Assembly: GCF_006345805.1 (NCBI RefSeq)
Contig: NW_021832267.1
Location: forward strand, 13,809 to 77,808
Reading direction: 5' to 3'
DNA length: 64,000 nucleotides
From: Octopus sinensis
Lineage: Eukaryota
A program made the translations under genes and the position numbers. Below, one piece after another: positions 27,102 to 38,470 of this stretch. Positions within the stretch are counted from its first letter, which is position 1; every line of letters starts with the position of its first letter. The notes beneath the pieces were generated by a model. It was not told the DNA's origin and did no database searches. It saw nothing but the letters and a program-made list of their open reading frames with translations.

Positions 27102-27717
27102 TTAAGAGTTTGGATTACCAGTTTCGAAAAGTATGAACTTCACACCTATATCTTTTTCCAGATAATATGAATGACAGGATTTAACCAGGTAGATATTATG
27201 CTAAGTTATGTAACGAAAACTTGTTTACCTTAACAGTTTCAAAATGTATGGACATGACATCTATGTCTTTCAATCAATATTGGCTACAGATGAACAGAAA
27301 AGTCATACAATTGACTATATGACAACACTAAAAGGTAGGGTAAATATAAATTCTATTTTACCTCTTTTGTGATCATCAGTAGCCGGCTGCTGAAACATCT
27401 TTTTAAACTACAGCAAAGTAAGCGATTAAGCGATCCTCATTGCCAGTGGAACCTCCCTGCGATCGTGTGATTCGAAAGTGATGGAAATAGAGATGACGGT
27501 CGCGAAAAATTATCTTAAAGAAATGGATACCAAAAATTTAAGACAAGAAAAAAAGAAAAAAAAGTTTTAGTTGCAGATTGTCACGTCAGCATCAACATGG
27601 TTTAGTTTATATGAAGAGTGTCAAAAACTGCCATCTGTCGGTCATCTTATCTGTTGCCAGCAATTACCGAGCGCCATTATTGGAGATTAATACTAAAATT
27701 GGAGTCACGAAATTTCT

Positions 27718-27764
<47 letters not shown>

Positions 27765-27961
27765 GATTTTTGAAAAAGACTTTTGCCATTTAATTCGCCC
27801 CTATTGCACTCTAGAGCTCTCTGCAGTAACTGCGTCTCCTTTTTACTCTCTTTGTATATATATGTGTGTGCGTGTGTGTGTGTGTGTGGTGTGTGTGTGT
27901 GTGTGTGTGTATCTCACTCTATGTATATTCATAATCGTCTACAGGCGAATTTTGCATAAAC

Positions 27962-28008
<47 letters not shown>

Positions 28009-28064
28009 TATTCTTCCGTAAATGCATTGAAATATACATGCACACGCACGCACACACACATGCA

Positions 28065-28095
<31 letters not shown>

Positions 28096-28615
28096 TGTAT
28101 GTATGTATGTATGTATGTATGTATGTATGTGAATGCGTGTATATACGTGTATGGTTATATGTACGCATGTTTGAGTGTTCACTTAGCGTCCGTCCCACAA
28201 AATCTAGATTTTCGCCCTTGTGCCTGTCAACTTAAATAACATCAATAAACATATTAATGATTATTTACAATTAACAAGAATCAGGAAGATGGTGACGATG
28301 ATGCTGACGACGACGACGGAGGCGTTTTTGTGGATGAGGAGGAGGAAGAAGGAAAGAAGAAGAGGCAGATAATAAAAATAATAGTATTAAAAATATTAAT
28401 GATAGTGATAACATTAGTTCTTTTTTCTATTTCTCATTACTCTCACGCGAAGCTATCAATCTTTTTCAATTCTCTTCATTCTTTTTATATTTTTTATCAC
28501 ACATTTTTCCTTCAAACTTCTCTTCCATCTACACATCCCAACCTGTTCTGTCCCTCCCCATCCCTCTCCCACCTTTTCTCTGTCTTCACTCACAGACATC
28601 GTATATGTGTGCATG

Positions 28616-28664
<49 letters not shown>

Positions 28665-28729
28665 ATACACACACACATATGCATGTATGTATACATATAT
28701 ATATATAAATACACACACATATATGTATG

Positions 28730-28761
<32 letters not shown>

Positions 28762-28771
28762 AATATATATA

Positions 28772-28808
<37 letters not shown>

Positions 28809-29192
28809 GTATGTATATATATAAGAGAACGTCTCTCGGCCTTTTTTAAAGCCTGTTTATCTATTTATCTATCTATTTATCATATCTATTTACCTGCCTC
28901 TCTATCTACCCAGCTACCGGTCTATTTCTATGTCTACTAAATATGTCTGTACGCGTGTAAACAATAATCATTATTGCAAATATGATCCCCCACTCCTCCA
29001 CACACAAAAAAAATCTTCCTCCCCCGCTACTACTAACAACAACGTTAACAACAACAATAACAACAACAACACTATGTCACACGATCTTTAAGCTTTCTTA
29101 TTTTTCAGATTGATTTACAATTAATAATATCTACTCCATTATCTCTACCGACAGATTAAAATTATATGCGTGTGTGTATATGTATGTATGTG

Positions 29193-29228
<36 letters not shown>

Positions 29229-29243
29229 CATACATAAAATATG

Positions 29244-29313
<70 letters not shown>

Positions 29314-29999
29314 TATATATAATGTATGTGTGTATGTATGTATATGTATATATATGGTGCGTGTCTGTATATGTATACATATTTATATGCATGTGTGCAT
29401 GTATGTATATATGTGTATGTGTATGTATGTATAAATATGTGTGCGTGTATATATATATGTGTGTGTGTATTTATGCGTATATGCATGAATATATATTCAT
29501 GCATATATGTATGCATTTATATATTTTTATCTATATACATCTATAAATATGTGTGTGTATGTATAAATGTGTTTGCGTGCATGTATGAATGTTCGTATGT
29601 ATGTTTCCCTCTCCACTTCCCCAACGAATTAAAGTATATCTGCCACCCAGCGCAGGGATCGAACTGCCAACCTCATCCACCGAGTTGAAGCTCTTTACTA
29701 TGACATACGACACTTGTTATTTAGCCTGTAACTGGATCCTTTCAGCTTCGACACAACCTCCACCCTAATCCCTAAATGGCTCCCTTTAACTCCACATTTA
29801 GAACCCTTTCTCTCCATTTCTCCCCGCTCATTCTCTTTCTGTCTCACCCTAATTCTGGACCTTTCAATCCGTTTATTGTTGACATTAGGGGTGTCATAAT
29901 TTGACAGGGCCAATGTGTTGGTGTCGGTTTCGATTCCGGTATGGTTTTAGAGAGGCATTGATTATTGCAGCGATGTTTAGGGTATTTACGATACGAGCG

Positions 30000-31261
30000 A
30001 AATGATGTCGGGGCGTTGGTAGACAATGATAGTGATAGTGGTGGAGGTTGTGGTAGTGTTGATGCTGGTGCTGTTGGTAGTGTCGGTGGTGATGTGTGTG
30101 TGTGTATGTGTGTGAGTTTGTGTGTGCGTGTGTGTATGTGTGTGAGTTTGTGTGTGCGTGTGTGTATGTGTGTGAGGTGGGGTGGTGATAAGGTTGTTGT
30201 GGAGGATGCGGTGCTGAGGGTGGTATGGTGTTGAGGCAGTTGTGATGTGAATGTTTATGTGCTGATAGTGATGGTGATGATTGCGGTGGGGCTAGCAGCG
30301 GGAGGGGTGATTGAGGGGTGGTAGAGGTAGTGGTGGTGGTGCTAGTGGTTTCGGTGATCTGGATGATGTAGGCGGTGGTGGTGCTGATGCTGAAGATGGT
30401 AGAGTGTTTAGGTGATTGTGATGGCGATGCTTATCGTGGTGGTTCTGGTGGTAGTGGAAGTAGGAATATTTTCGTGGTTGAGGTGGGGACGTTTGTGGCA
30501 GTGGGGACAACGGTGTTTATTCTCGTATTAGTGGTAGTGATGCTGATGACGAAGGCGGAGTGGGAGTTGAGGGCGTGGTGTCACTCATACTGATGATCGG
30601 GTTTATGGTGGTGGATGTAGCGATAAAAAGCCATTGAATTTATGGGTGGTGGTCTCGTCGTAAAGGCTGTAGTGTGGTGGTGTTCATGATGGTGAAGGAT
30701 ATAGTTGTGGTGGTGGTGGGGTGATACTATGGCGGTATGTTTGGTAGCGGCAGTGGTTGCTGTAGTAGTATTTGTGATGACTGAGCTGGGAGTATATGAC
30801 GAAGTAGTGGTGATGATGAGTGATGGTGACTGATGGCCGGGAGAATGACTGATGGTAGGGATGGGGACTGATAATAATGTTGGAATGGTGGTGGTTGGAG
30901 CGATGTAGTGGTTGTTAGTGATGGTTGTTAGGGATGTAGTGATGACAACCGACAATGGTGGCGGTGACAGCGGTTGCGGTGGTGACAGTAGTGTGGCGGT
31001 TGTGGTAACATGATAGTTGAAGTGGTGGTTGTCTGATGATGGCTGTTGGTGGTATGATTACTGTTGGTGACTGATGGTGGTGACGGCGGTGAGTGTGGTG
31101 ATGATGATGACGGTGGTGCTAGTGAGGTTGTAGTGGTGGTAGTGGTGGTAGCGACCACTGCTGTTATATTGGTGAAGTGACATCACACGAGATCTATCTG
31201 CATGTGCCAGATGGCAGGCACACGTCTTTAATTCTCTAATAACCTCTTCTTTCCGAGCAAT

Positions 31262-31294
<33 letters not shown>

Positions 31295-31295
31295 T

Positions 31296-31348
<53 letters not shown>

Positions 31349-31350
31349 TG
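30000..31350. repeat. Degenerate (GGT/GAT)n-rich low-complexity tract plus (GCA)/(GTA)n
   Basis: Directly visible composition. Confidence 0.8.
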
Positions 31351-32159
31351 ATGCTGATGTTCATGTTCATGTTGTTATTGATGTTGTTCGTATATGACCC
31401 GATTAGAACTCGCGTTGCTCTAATGAACCACGGTGAAGAGACTCCATCCGACTAATATCACACCTTCACACCACGTCCTCCGTTCACTTACCGCCCCTCA
31501 ATCACGGGGCCCTTCATTTATTTATATTTCTTATTTTTATTTTAGTTTTATTTCAAATTATTTTTATTTTATTTCTATTTAGTTATTTATTTATTCATTT
31601 ATTCAGAATCAAACCAAGCTGTCAAAAAAAATCCTTTAAATATATAAAAAAAGATAATTGAACCGAATAAATAAATAAATAAAGAAGCGTAAACGTCAAA
31701 AGGCAATATTTAATAGTCCCTGGCAGAATCATGTAACCAAATGCTCTTCCCCTCATCACCACATACATCTGCTTTTTCCTTTCTAAAGATGACAGTTGGA
31801 AAACCACAAACGTTAATTACTCGTTAGTATCTAGTTGCTTTATATGTCAAGAATTTAGCCATTTTCATCAACTGTACTGCTGCAATGTTGGAGGAGAAGA
31901 AGATGGTGAAGGGGTAAAAAAAAAACTGAAGAAAAAATACTGAATAATAATAATAATAAGAAGACAAATTTCCTTTTTTCAAGATGGCTGAACTCCTTTT
32001 AGAAATGTAACTTGAAATTATGCACAGTCATTTGAACATGCAAAACAGGGGCAACGTTTAAATCGTTTGGACGTTCGTACATAAAATCAAACGCTGATAC
32101 ATACACAAGCAAGCACACACCCCTCCTCAACCCAAAAGACACACACATGCACACACTCA

Positions 32160-32210
<51 letters not shown>

Positions 32211-32227
32211 ACACATACTATATATAT

Positions 32228-32388
32228 AGGGAGAATTCACGAAAAAAAACAAAAGACGAAGACTAGTGGTGTAGAAAACAAACAGATGTATTAGTATAAC
32301 GCTCGGGAATTGAAAAGTCTTTAACGTTTCGAGCCTACGCTCTTCCACAGAAAGGAACACAAAGAAACAAGGCGAGAAAAAAGGAGAG

Positions 32389-32392
<4 letters not shown>
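32228..32392 (-). mobile_element. Family F Penelope-type terminal repeat with HHR-like motif (32319-32354)
   Basis: Minus strand: cttt-CTGTGGA-A-GAGC-gtag-GCTC-GAAAC-GTT-aaag. Homologs at 57301-57415, 13100-13190 and 56001-56055; flanked by (CA)/(TA)n. Confidence 0.75.
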
Positions 32393-32465
<73 letters not shown>

Positions 32466-32470
32466 TATAT

Positions 32471-34430
32471 AAAATATTAGAAAAAACCCATTTTATCAAT
32501 TCAAACTGAATAATTAAATTACACCATCTAGAAAATTACATATAATAGAGAAGTTAAAATCAAAATAGCAATAAAAAGTAAAGATTAAGTAAATTACAAA
32601 AATAATATAATGTATATAATAGGTAGAAAACGACGCGTGTTTCGCTGCTATATTTAATAATATAATAATAGGTGTCTGTTATTTTTATTTGGGTGTCTTT
32701 ATATTAGTTTCTCCATTAGTTGAGTTTTTTTCAATTTTTTTAGTTCATGGAGCTTTAAGTTTTTTCGTCTTTTAGTATTTTTCATTGATAATAATTTCGC
32801 CACGTTCATTGAGTATTTATTGTATTCCACGCGATATATTTTATAAACGTTTTTTTCTTTTCGTATTTTTCATTGTTAAAAGTTTCGCTACGTTCTTTGA
32901 GGATTTATCTTATTTCTTTGCACTATGTATCCACGCGATAATTTTATAAACGCCTTAAATATATATTTCTTTTTAAAATTCAGTTACTCTTCATTCTTCG
33001 TTAAAGCTAAGTCTGATTTTTATCGTTTCTCTATTTTATTTGAATATTGAACCGTTGTGTGTTCGAAATTATTATTATTGTTGATATTATTATTGTTTGA
33101 TGTAATATTTTTATTTATTTATAGTTTCTTGATAGTATTTTTTACGTCCGATGTTTAATTGTTATAAAAGATTTTACATTTTACATATTATTTAACTTGA
33201 GAATTTATTTTGTTAGACTTTATTTCTTATAATAATTAGATTATATTTTCATTAAATAGTATTATTTTTAAATAAACTAGTTTTTATTTTAATATAAAGT
33301 TTATGTTTAACTTTTTTATCGTGTGATATATTAAATCTATAGATATTATACATGGATATTAATATAACGAGTTTATATAATGCATTTTAGTGTATTTGTA
33401 CTATTTCAAATTTTTGATTGTATTTTTCATGAATGGAATCGATTGAGTTGATTAATTAGACGCTTATCATTTTAAAATCTAGATAGATTAACAGAATCGT
33501 TGAACTTAGTAATTTAGTTTGCTTATCAATATTAGTTACTTCTTGCTATTATTTTGACTTGATCGTTTTTATTATTGTTAATGTTATTGACTGGTTTGGT
33601 AGAGGACTGGTGATTGTGATTGTACATCTTCATAGTGTATTGTTCTTTGGTTCTAATATTTTAGCACCTTCCTTTAATTTGGGGTTGATAGGTTTTCTTA
33701 CTTTCCATTAGCATATTGTTATCGCTAATATATATATATATATTTGTTTATTTATATATTTTATCATAATATATTATATTATATATTGATATATAGGTGG
33801 ATTATGTATTTGTAATACTAAATTTAAGTTAATTAGGTATTATATTATTTGATATTTAGTCAATTTTGTTATAGATTGTTATATTAAATATATAGATACT
33901 ATACATGTATTTTTATAATATGGTTAGCTTATTTAAGGAGTTTGTCTATATTTGAAACGTTTCTTATTTTGATTACAATTTAATGACTTGTAATAGCTTA
34001 GTGTATTTTATTTAATTTTAAATTATTTAATTATTGAAGAATTATTATATTTTTCACTTATGTACATTTAGAATTTTCATATACATACATACATACATAC
34101 TACATACATATATATATATATACATGTATATATATTAAAGTATATTTATAAATTAATTATTTTATTGTTCTATTTTATTTTTAACCTGATGAGCGACTAT
34201 ATTTATATGGAAGTGATTTCTCTACTACTATAATCATTTCTTAAATATAGCAGCGAAACATGTGTTGTTTTTCTACCTATTAGATACATTATATTATTTT
34301 TGTAATTTACTTAATCTTTACATTTGATTGTTATTTTAATTTTACCTTCTCTATTATATGTAATTTTCTAGATGGTGTAATTTAACTATTCATTTTGAAT
34401 TGATAAAAGGTGGGTTTTTTCTAATATTTT
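32471..34430. mobile_element. ~2-kb AT-rich element with ~190-bp inverted termini containing a hammerhead (Penelope-like, no intact ORF)
   Basis: 32471-32657 is the diverged reverse complement of 34241-34430; (TA)n on both sides; HHR core at 34186-34266. Confidence 0.75.
34183..34269 (+). ncRNA. Type I hammerhead ribozyme motif with long stem II
   Basis: aac-CTGATGA-gc.ga.ctatattt...ggaagtgatt/aatcatttct...aaatatag.ca.gc-GAAAC-ATGT-GTT-gtt. The inverted copy reads GAAAC-ACGC-GTC, the canonical triplet. Confidence 0.75.
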
Positions 34431-34442
34431 ATATATATATTA

Positions 34443-34632
34443 TATTGTGTGTAATATGATTTAGTATTTCTAAATTGAATTCTTTTTCCTTTAAGTTTGG
34501 ATTTTATTTCCTCAAATAATAACTATACATATATATATATATTATATTGTGTGTAATATGACTTTAGTATTTCTAAATTGAATTCTTTTCCTTAAGTTTG
34601 GATTTTATTTCCTCAAATAATAACTATACATA
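34443..34632. repeat. Two ~102-bp tandem copies ending in (TA)n
   Basis: tattgtgtgtaatatga... at 34443 and 34545. Confidence 0.85.
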
Positions 34633-34641
34633 TATATATAT

Positions 34642-34695
<54 letters not shown>

Positions 34696-34973
34696 TATAT
34701 ATATATAGATATAATATATATATGAAAATAGTAATGCAATACTAGAGTATTGCTTTCCAGTAAAGAATAGCCCGTGAGGGTAAAATTATACATAAAAGTA
34801 AATAAATGATACAACGAAGTATCGATATTTACTGGAAAATAGCGAACGTAATAAATACGACGCTAATGTATAGCTTCACTGCGTATGTGCTAGTAAAGAT
34901 GCGTGTGTGCAACAAACATGAAAAATTGTCTTACCTCTAGGAAGAACATCTGAAAAATGAAAAACCTAGATAA

Positions 34974-35056
34974 GGATAATGCAGTACCGGTTTCGGATTT
35001 TTCAAAATACGAATGCCAATCGTATAATTGATTTATCTTCATCAGCCACATATACC
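34974..35056 (-). ncRNA. Type I hammerhead ribozyme (antisense arm copy)
   Basis: Reverse complement of 35510-35594; core and stems II and III are identical. Confidence 0.82.
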
Positions 35057-35509
35057 TCAACAATATTTCAAATGTTGCCATCTATGCCAGTACACTCGTC
35101 AGAACGCCAAAACGTTAACAGAGTGAGAACAGTGAAGAAGTTTCAATGAAAATAGTAATGCAATACGAGAGTATTGGTTTTTCATTTTTCAGATGTTCTT
35201 CCTAGAGGTAAGACAATTTTTCATGTTTGTTGCACACACGCATCTTTACTAGTACATACGCAGTGAAGCTATACATTAGCGTCGTATTTATTACGTTCGC
35301 TATTTTCCAGTATATATATCGATACTTCGTTGTATCATTTATTTACTTTTATGTATAATTTTACCCTCACGGACTATTCTTTACTGGAAAGCAATACTCT
35401 CGTATTGCATCACTATTTTCATTGAAGCTTCTTCACTGTTCTCACTCTGTTAAAGTTTTGGCGTTCAGACGAGTGTACTGGCATAGATGGCAACATTTGA
35501 AATGTTGTT

Positions 35510-35594
35510 GGGGTATATGTGGCTGATGAAGATAAATCAATTATACGATTGGCATTCGTATTTTGAAAAATCCGAAACCGGTACTGCATTATCC
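35510..35594 (+). ncRNA. Type I hammerhead ribozyme with palindromic stem III (ACCGGT); predicted cleavage 3' of A35583
   Basis: Stem I gggtatatgtgg / ctgcattatcc; CTGATGA 35523-35529; stem II GAT/ATC, TCAA/TTGA, ATACGA/TCGTAT with loop TTGGCAT; GAAAC 35574-35578; CG; GTA 35581-35583. Confidence 0.85.
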
Positions 35595-35827
35595 TTATCT
35601 AGGTTTTTCATTTTTCAGATGTTCTTCCTAGAGGTAAGACAATTTTTCATGTTTGTTGCACACACGCATCTTTACTAGTACATACGCAGTGAAGCTATAC
35701 ATTAGCGTCGTATTTATTACGTTCGCTATTTTCCAGTAAATATCGATACTTCGTTGTATCATTTATTTACTTTTATATATATATATATATATATGCATAT
35801 ATAATGTGTATATATATCTACGTATGT

Positions 35828-35865
<38 letters not shown>

Positions 35866-36427
35866 CGCCAGCCTTAGCCATTGGGCTGCACCTGAGATGA
35901 GGTATCGCCTTTAAGTTTTCTTTTTAACTTTCGTCATTCATACCGCTCTTAAATGTAATCATTATATCGACACTCTTTTTATGGAATAGCTAGGCCATTA
36001 CTGAAATACTACTAAAGATGGCTGACGTGGGGCTCAACAGCAAGAACAACTGGACCCGCACGTTCACACAAACATATTTGGACACATAGACACACATACA
36101 GATATACGTACACGCATGCATACATGCGGGCGTATGTACGCGTGTGTATAATAATTTCACCACTTTTCCGTAAACTGAAGACAAAAAGGAATTGTCTTGA
36201 TTGATTTTTGACCCTTATTGCATCTGTTCTCTGAATCATGTAGATTCAGAGAACTGGACCTACTAGTTTGCATACCATAAGTGTTTAACCCTTCATTTAA
36301 TATCAGCAGCCAAGAATTTCCTACAAAGTATACTAAGAGTCTTTGCGAAATGTTTATGGTCTCGTAAAGAGCATCTCCCGATTCTGAAAGCCTGTGTTGC
36401 TTAGATAATATAGAGGCAGAAAATAAT

Positions 36428-36642
36428 GATTTCAAATTTTTGCCACAAGGGCAGCCGACGGCGGGGGTGGGATTAAGTTGATTACATCGACCCCAGTGCG
36501 TAACTGGTGCTTAATTTATTGACCCCGAAAGTATGAAAGGCAAAGTCGACCTCGGCGGAATTTGAACTCAGAACGTAACGGCAGACGAAATACGGCTACG
36601 CATTTCGCCCGGCGTGCTAACGTTTCTGCCAGCTCGTCGCCT
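36428..36642 (-). mobile_element. SINE family A with perfect 19-bp TSD
   Basis: TSD tatagaggcagaaaataat at 36409-36427 and 36643-36661. Confidence 0.92.
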
Positions 36643-36661
36643 TATAGAGGCAGAAAATAAT

Positions 36662-36835
36662 TCTTTCTACTATAGACACAAGGTCTGAAATTTGTGGGAG
36701 GGAACTAGTCGACTACATTGACCCCAGTGTTATAAGTAACCTAGAAAAGAGGAAAAGCGGAATATGAACTCATAGCATAGTGACTGCTGAAATGCCGCTA
36801 AATATTTTGCCCGGCGTGCCAGCTTGCTGCTATAA
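36662..36835 (-). mobile_element. Older degraded SINE family A copy (tail type 3)
   Basis: ttctactatagacacaagg...gtcgactacattgaccccagtg...tttgcccggcgtgccagc. Confidence 0.65.
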
Positions 36836-37299
36836 GTAATAATATTAATAATAAAATAAATCACAAGTAAATGCAACAGTACACGTGTATTCTTAAATAC
36901 TCGTGACTCTACCGCGATGCAAATGTTTCCGCTTTAACGCATGAGTTAAGATGAATCAAATCCCTTGCTAATCCAACACAGCACAGCTCTTAAACTGTTT
37001 TTTCTTCTATTAATTAATTCAAACAAGATTGAACATGTCTGAGATAATGAGACCAAATTTTTTTCCTTTATAGATACTAATTAGCTAGAAAAAACAAGAA
37101 AAAAAGTTTAACATTGCAAACCATCGATATTTAATTTACTGTTGATTCCATGGTGGTGGTCGTAGTAGTGGCGGTGGCATTTGTTGTTGTTGTTCTGTTG
37201 CTATTATTTTTGTTGTTTAGCCCCAAGTCAGCCCTGATCAAGCAGATTTCAGCTGAAAAGCATCCAGACAGCGATTATTCTGTTATTTTGTATATCAGG

Positions 37300-37912
37300 A
37301 ATGTTATTCTCCATAGTATTTTAAAAATACAAACCTTGACTCTACAACACTGTATATAAATTCCCTACTGGGAATGACCAAGTTTAAAAATCTGCTGGAT
37401 CTCACTGATAAGAGAATATTACATTGCTTATAAACTCTATATTTGGAAGGACTCATATTAAACTCTGTTGGACTTTAGGATTTTACTCAAAGGATATTGG
37501 TAAATTGCATATATACGATTATGCCTATAAAACTGATTTATAAATTCAATATCCATACATATCTTATTTCTATTTTCTTTCCTCCACCTCACTCTCTATT
37601 TGTATCACGTCTAAACTAACTATGATTACATTTTTTCCTCTCACACCGTCTCCGATGAAAGAATATTATTAATTAATATCCTAGAAACAGCGGTAAGACC
37701 TTCTATCTATAAATGCTCTAATATCTATACAGCCTTGTATTTTTTTTTTATCTTATTACCAAAAAAAATTCTTATCTACATACACTGACATAGAACCAAC
37801 GTTGAACTCTTTATTCGCAATATTACCGAATCTAGAACTTAACTATAGTCTGTCTTTAGCACTTATTCAACATTACCTGATACATTTGGGTCACAATGAC
37901 ACCATTATCTCT

Positions 37913-37915
<3 letters not shown>
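37300..37915 (+). mobile_element. Probable Penelope-type terminal-repeat fragment followed by (TA)n
   Basis: Contains an HHR-like motif at 37648-37699; boundaries are approximate. Confidence 0.45.
37648..37699 (+). ncRNA. Degenerate type I hammerhead motif (third family)
   Basis: gtct-CCGATGA-aag.a.atatta-ttaat-taatat.c.ct.a-GAAAC-AGCG-GTA-agac: 4-bp stem I and GTA triplet, but U4 is changed to C. Confidence 0.6.
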
Positions 37916-38008
<93 letters not shown>

Positions 38009-38033
38009 ATCATATAAATATCTATATATATAT

Positions 38034-38064
<31 letters not shown>

Positions 38065-38078
38065 ATATATATATAAGT

Positions 38079-38470
38079 GGAGGCGCAATGGCCCAGTGGT
38101 TAGGGCAGCGGATTCGCGGTCATAGGATCGCGGTTTCGATTCCTAGACCGAGCGTTGTGAGTGTTTATTGAGCGAAAACACCTAAAGCTCCACGATGCTC
38201 CGGCAGGGGATGGTGGTGATCCCTGCTGTATTCTTTCACCACAACTTTCTCTCACTCTTGCTTCCTGTTTCTGTTGTACCTGTATTTCAAAGGGCCGGCC
38301 TTGTCACTCTCTGTGTCACGCTAAATATCCCCGAAAACTATGTTAAGGGTACACGTGTCTGTGGAGTGCTCAGCCACTTACACGTTAATTTCACGAGCAG
38401 GCTGTTCCGTTGATTCGGATCAACCGGAACCCTCGTCGTCGTAACCGGAGTGCTTCCAAAAGAAAAAAAA
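38079..38470 (+). mobile_element. tRNA-derived SINE, family B with an alternative 3' tail
   Basis: A box tggcccagtgg, B box ggtttcgattcc; shares ~185 bp with 2186-2563, then diverges completely; A-rich end. Confidence 0.9.

Larger units (their letters stand above)
34723..35776. mobile_element. Fold-back array of a 424-bp HHR-containing unit (candidate retrozyme / Penelope pLTR)
   Basis: Antisense arm 34723-35175 (period 424: tgaaaatag at 34723 and 35147); sense arm 35176-35776 (period 426: ggtttttc at 35176 and 35602); about ten differences between arms by my reading; (TA)n flanks. Confidence 0.9.

Noticed and set aside
32259-32275. gaagactagtg resembling the start of miR-7
   Set aside because: Part of repeat family F; no pre-miRNA hairpin and only a partial match.
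35065-35107. Second CTGACGA...GAAAT motif inside the 424-bp unit (minus arm)
   Set aside because: The other arm reads CAGACGA, stem II is not adjacent to GAAA and there is no stem I partner.
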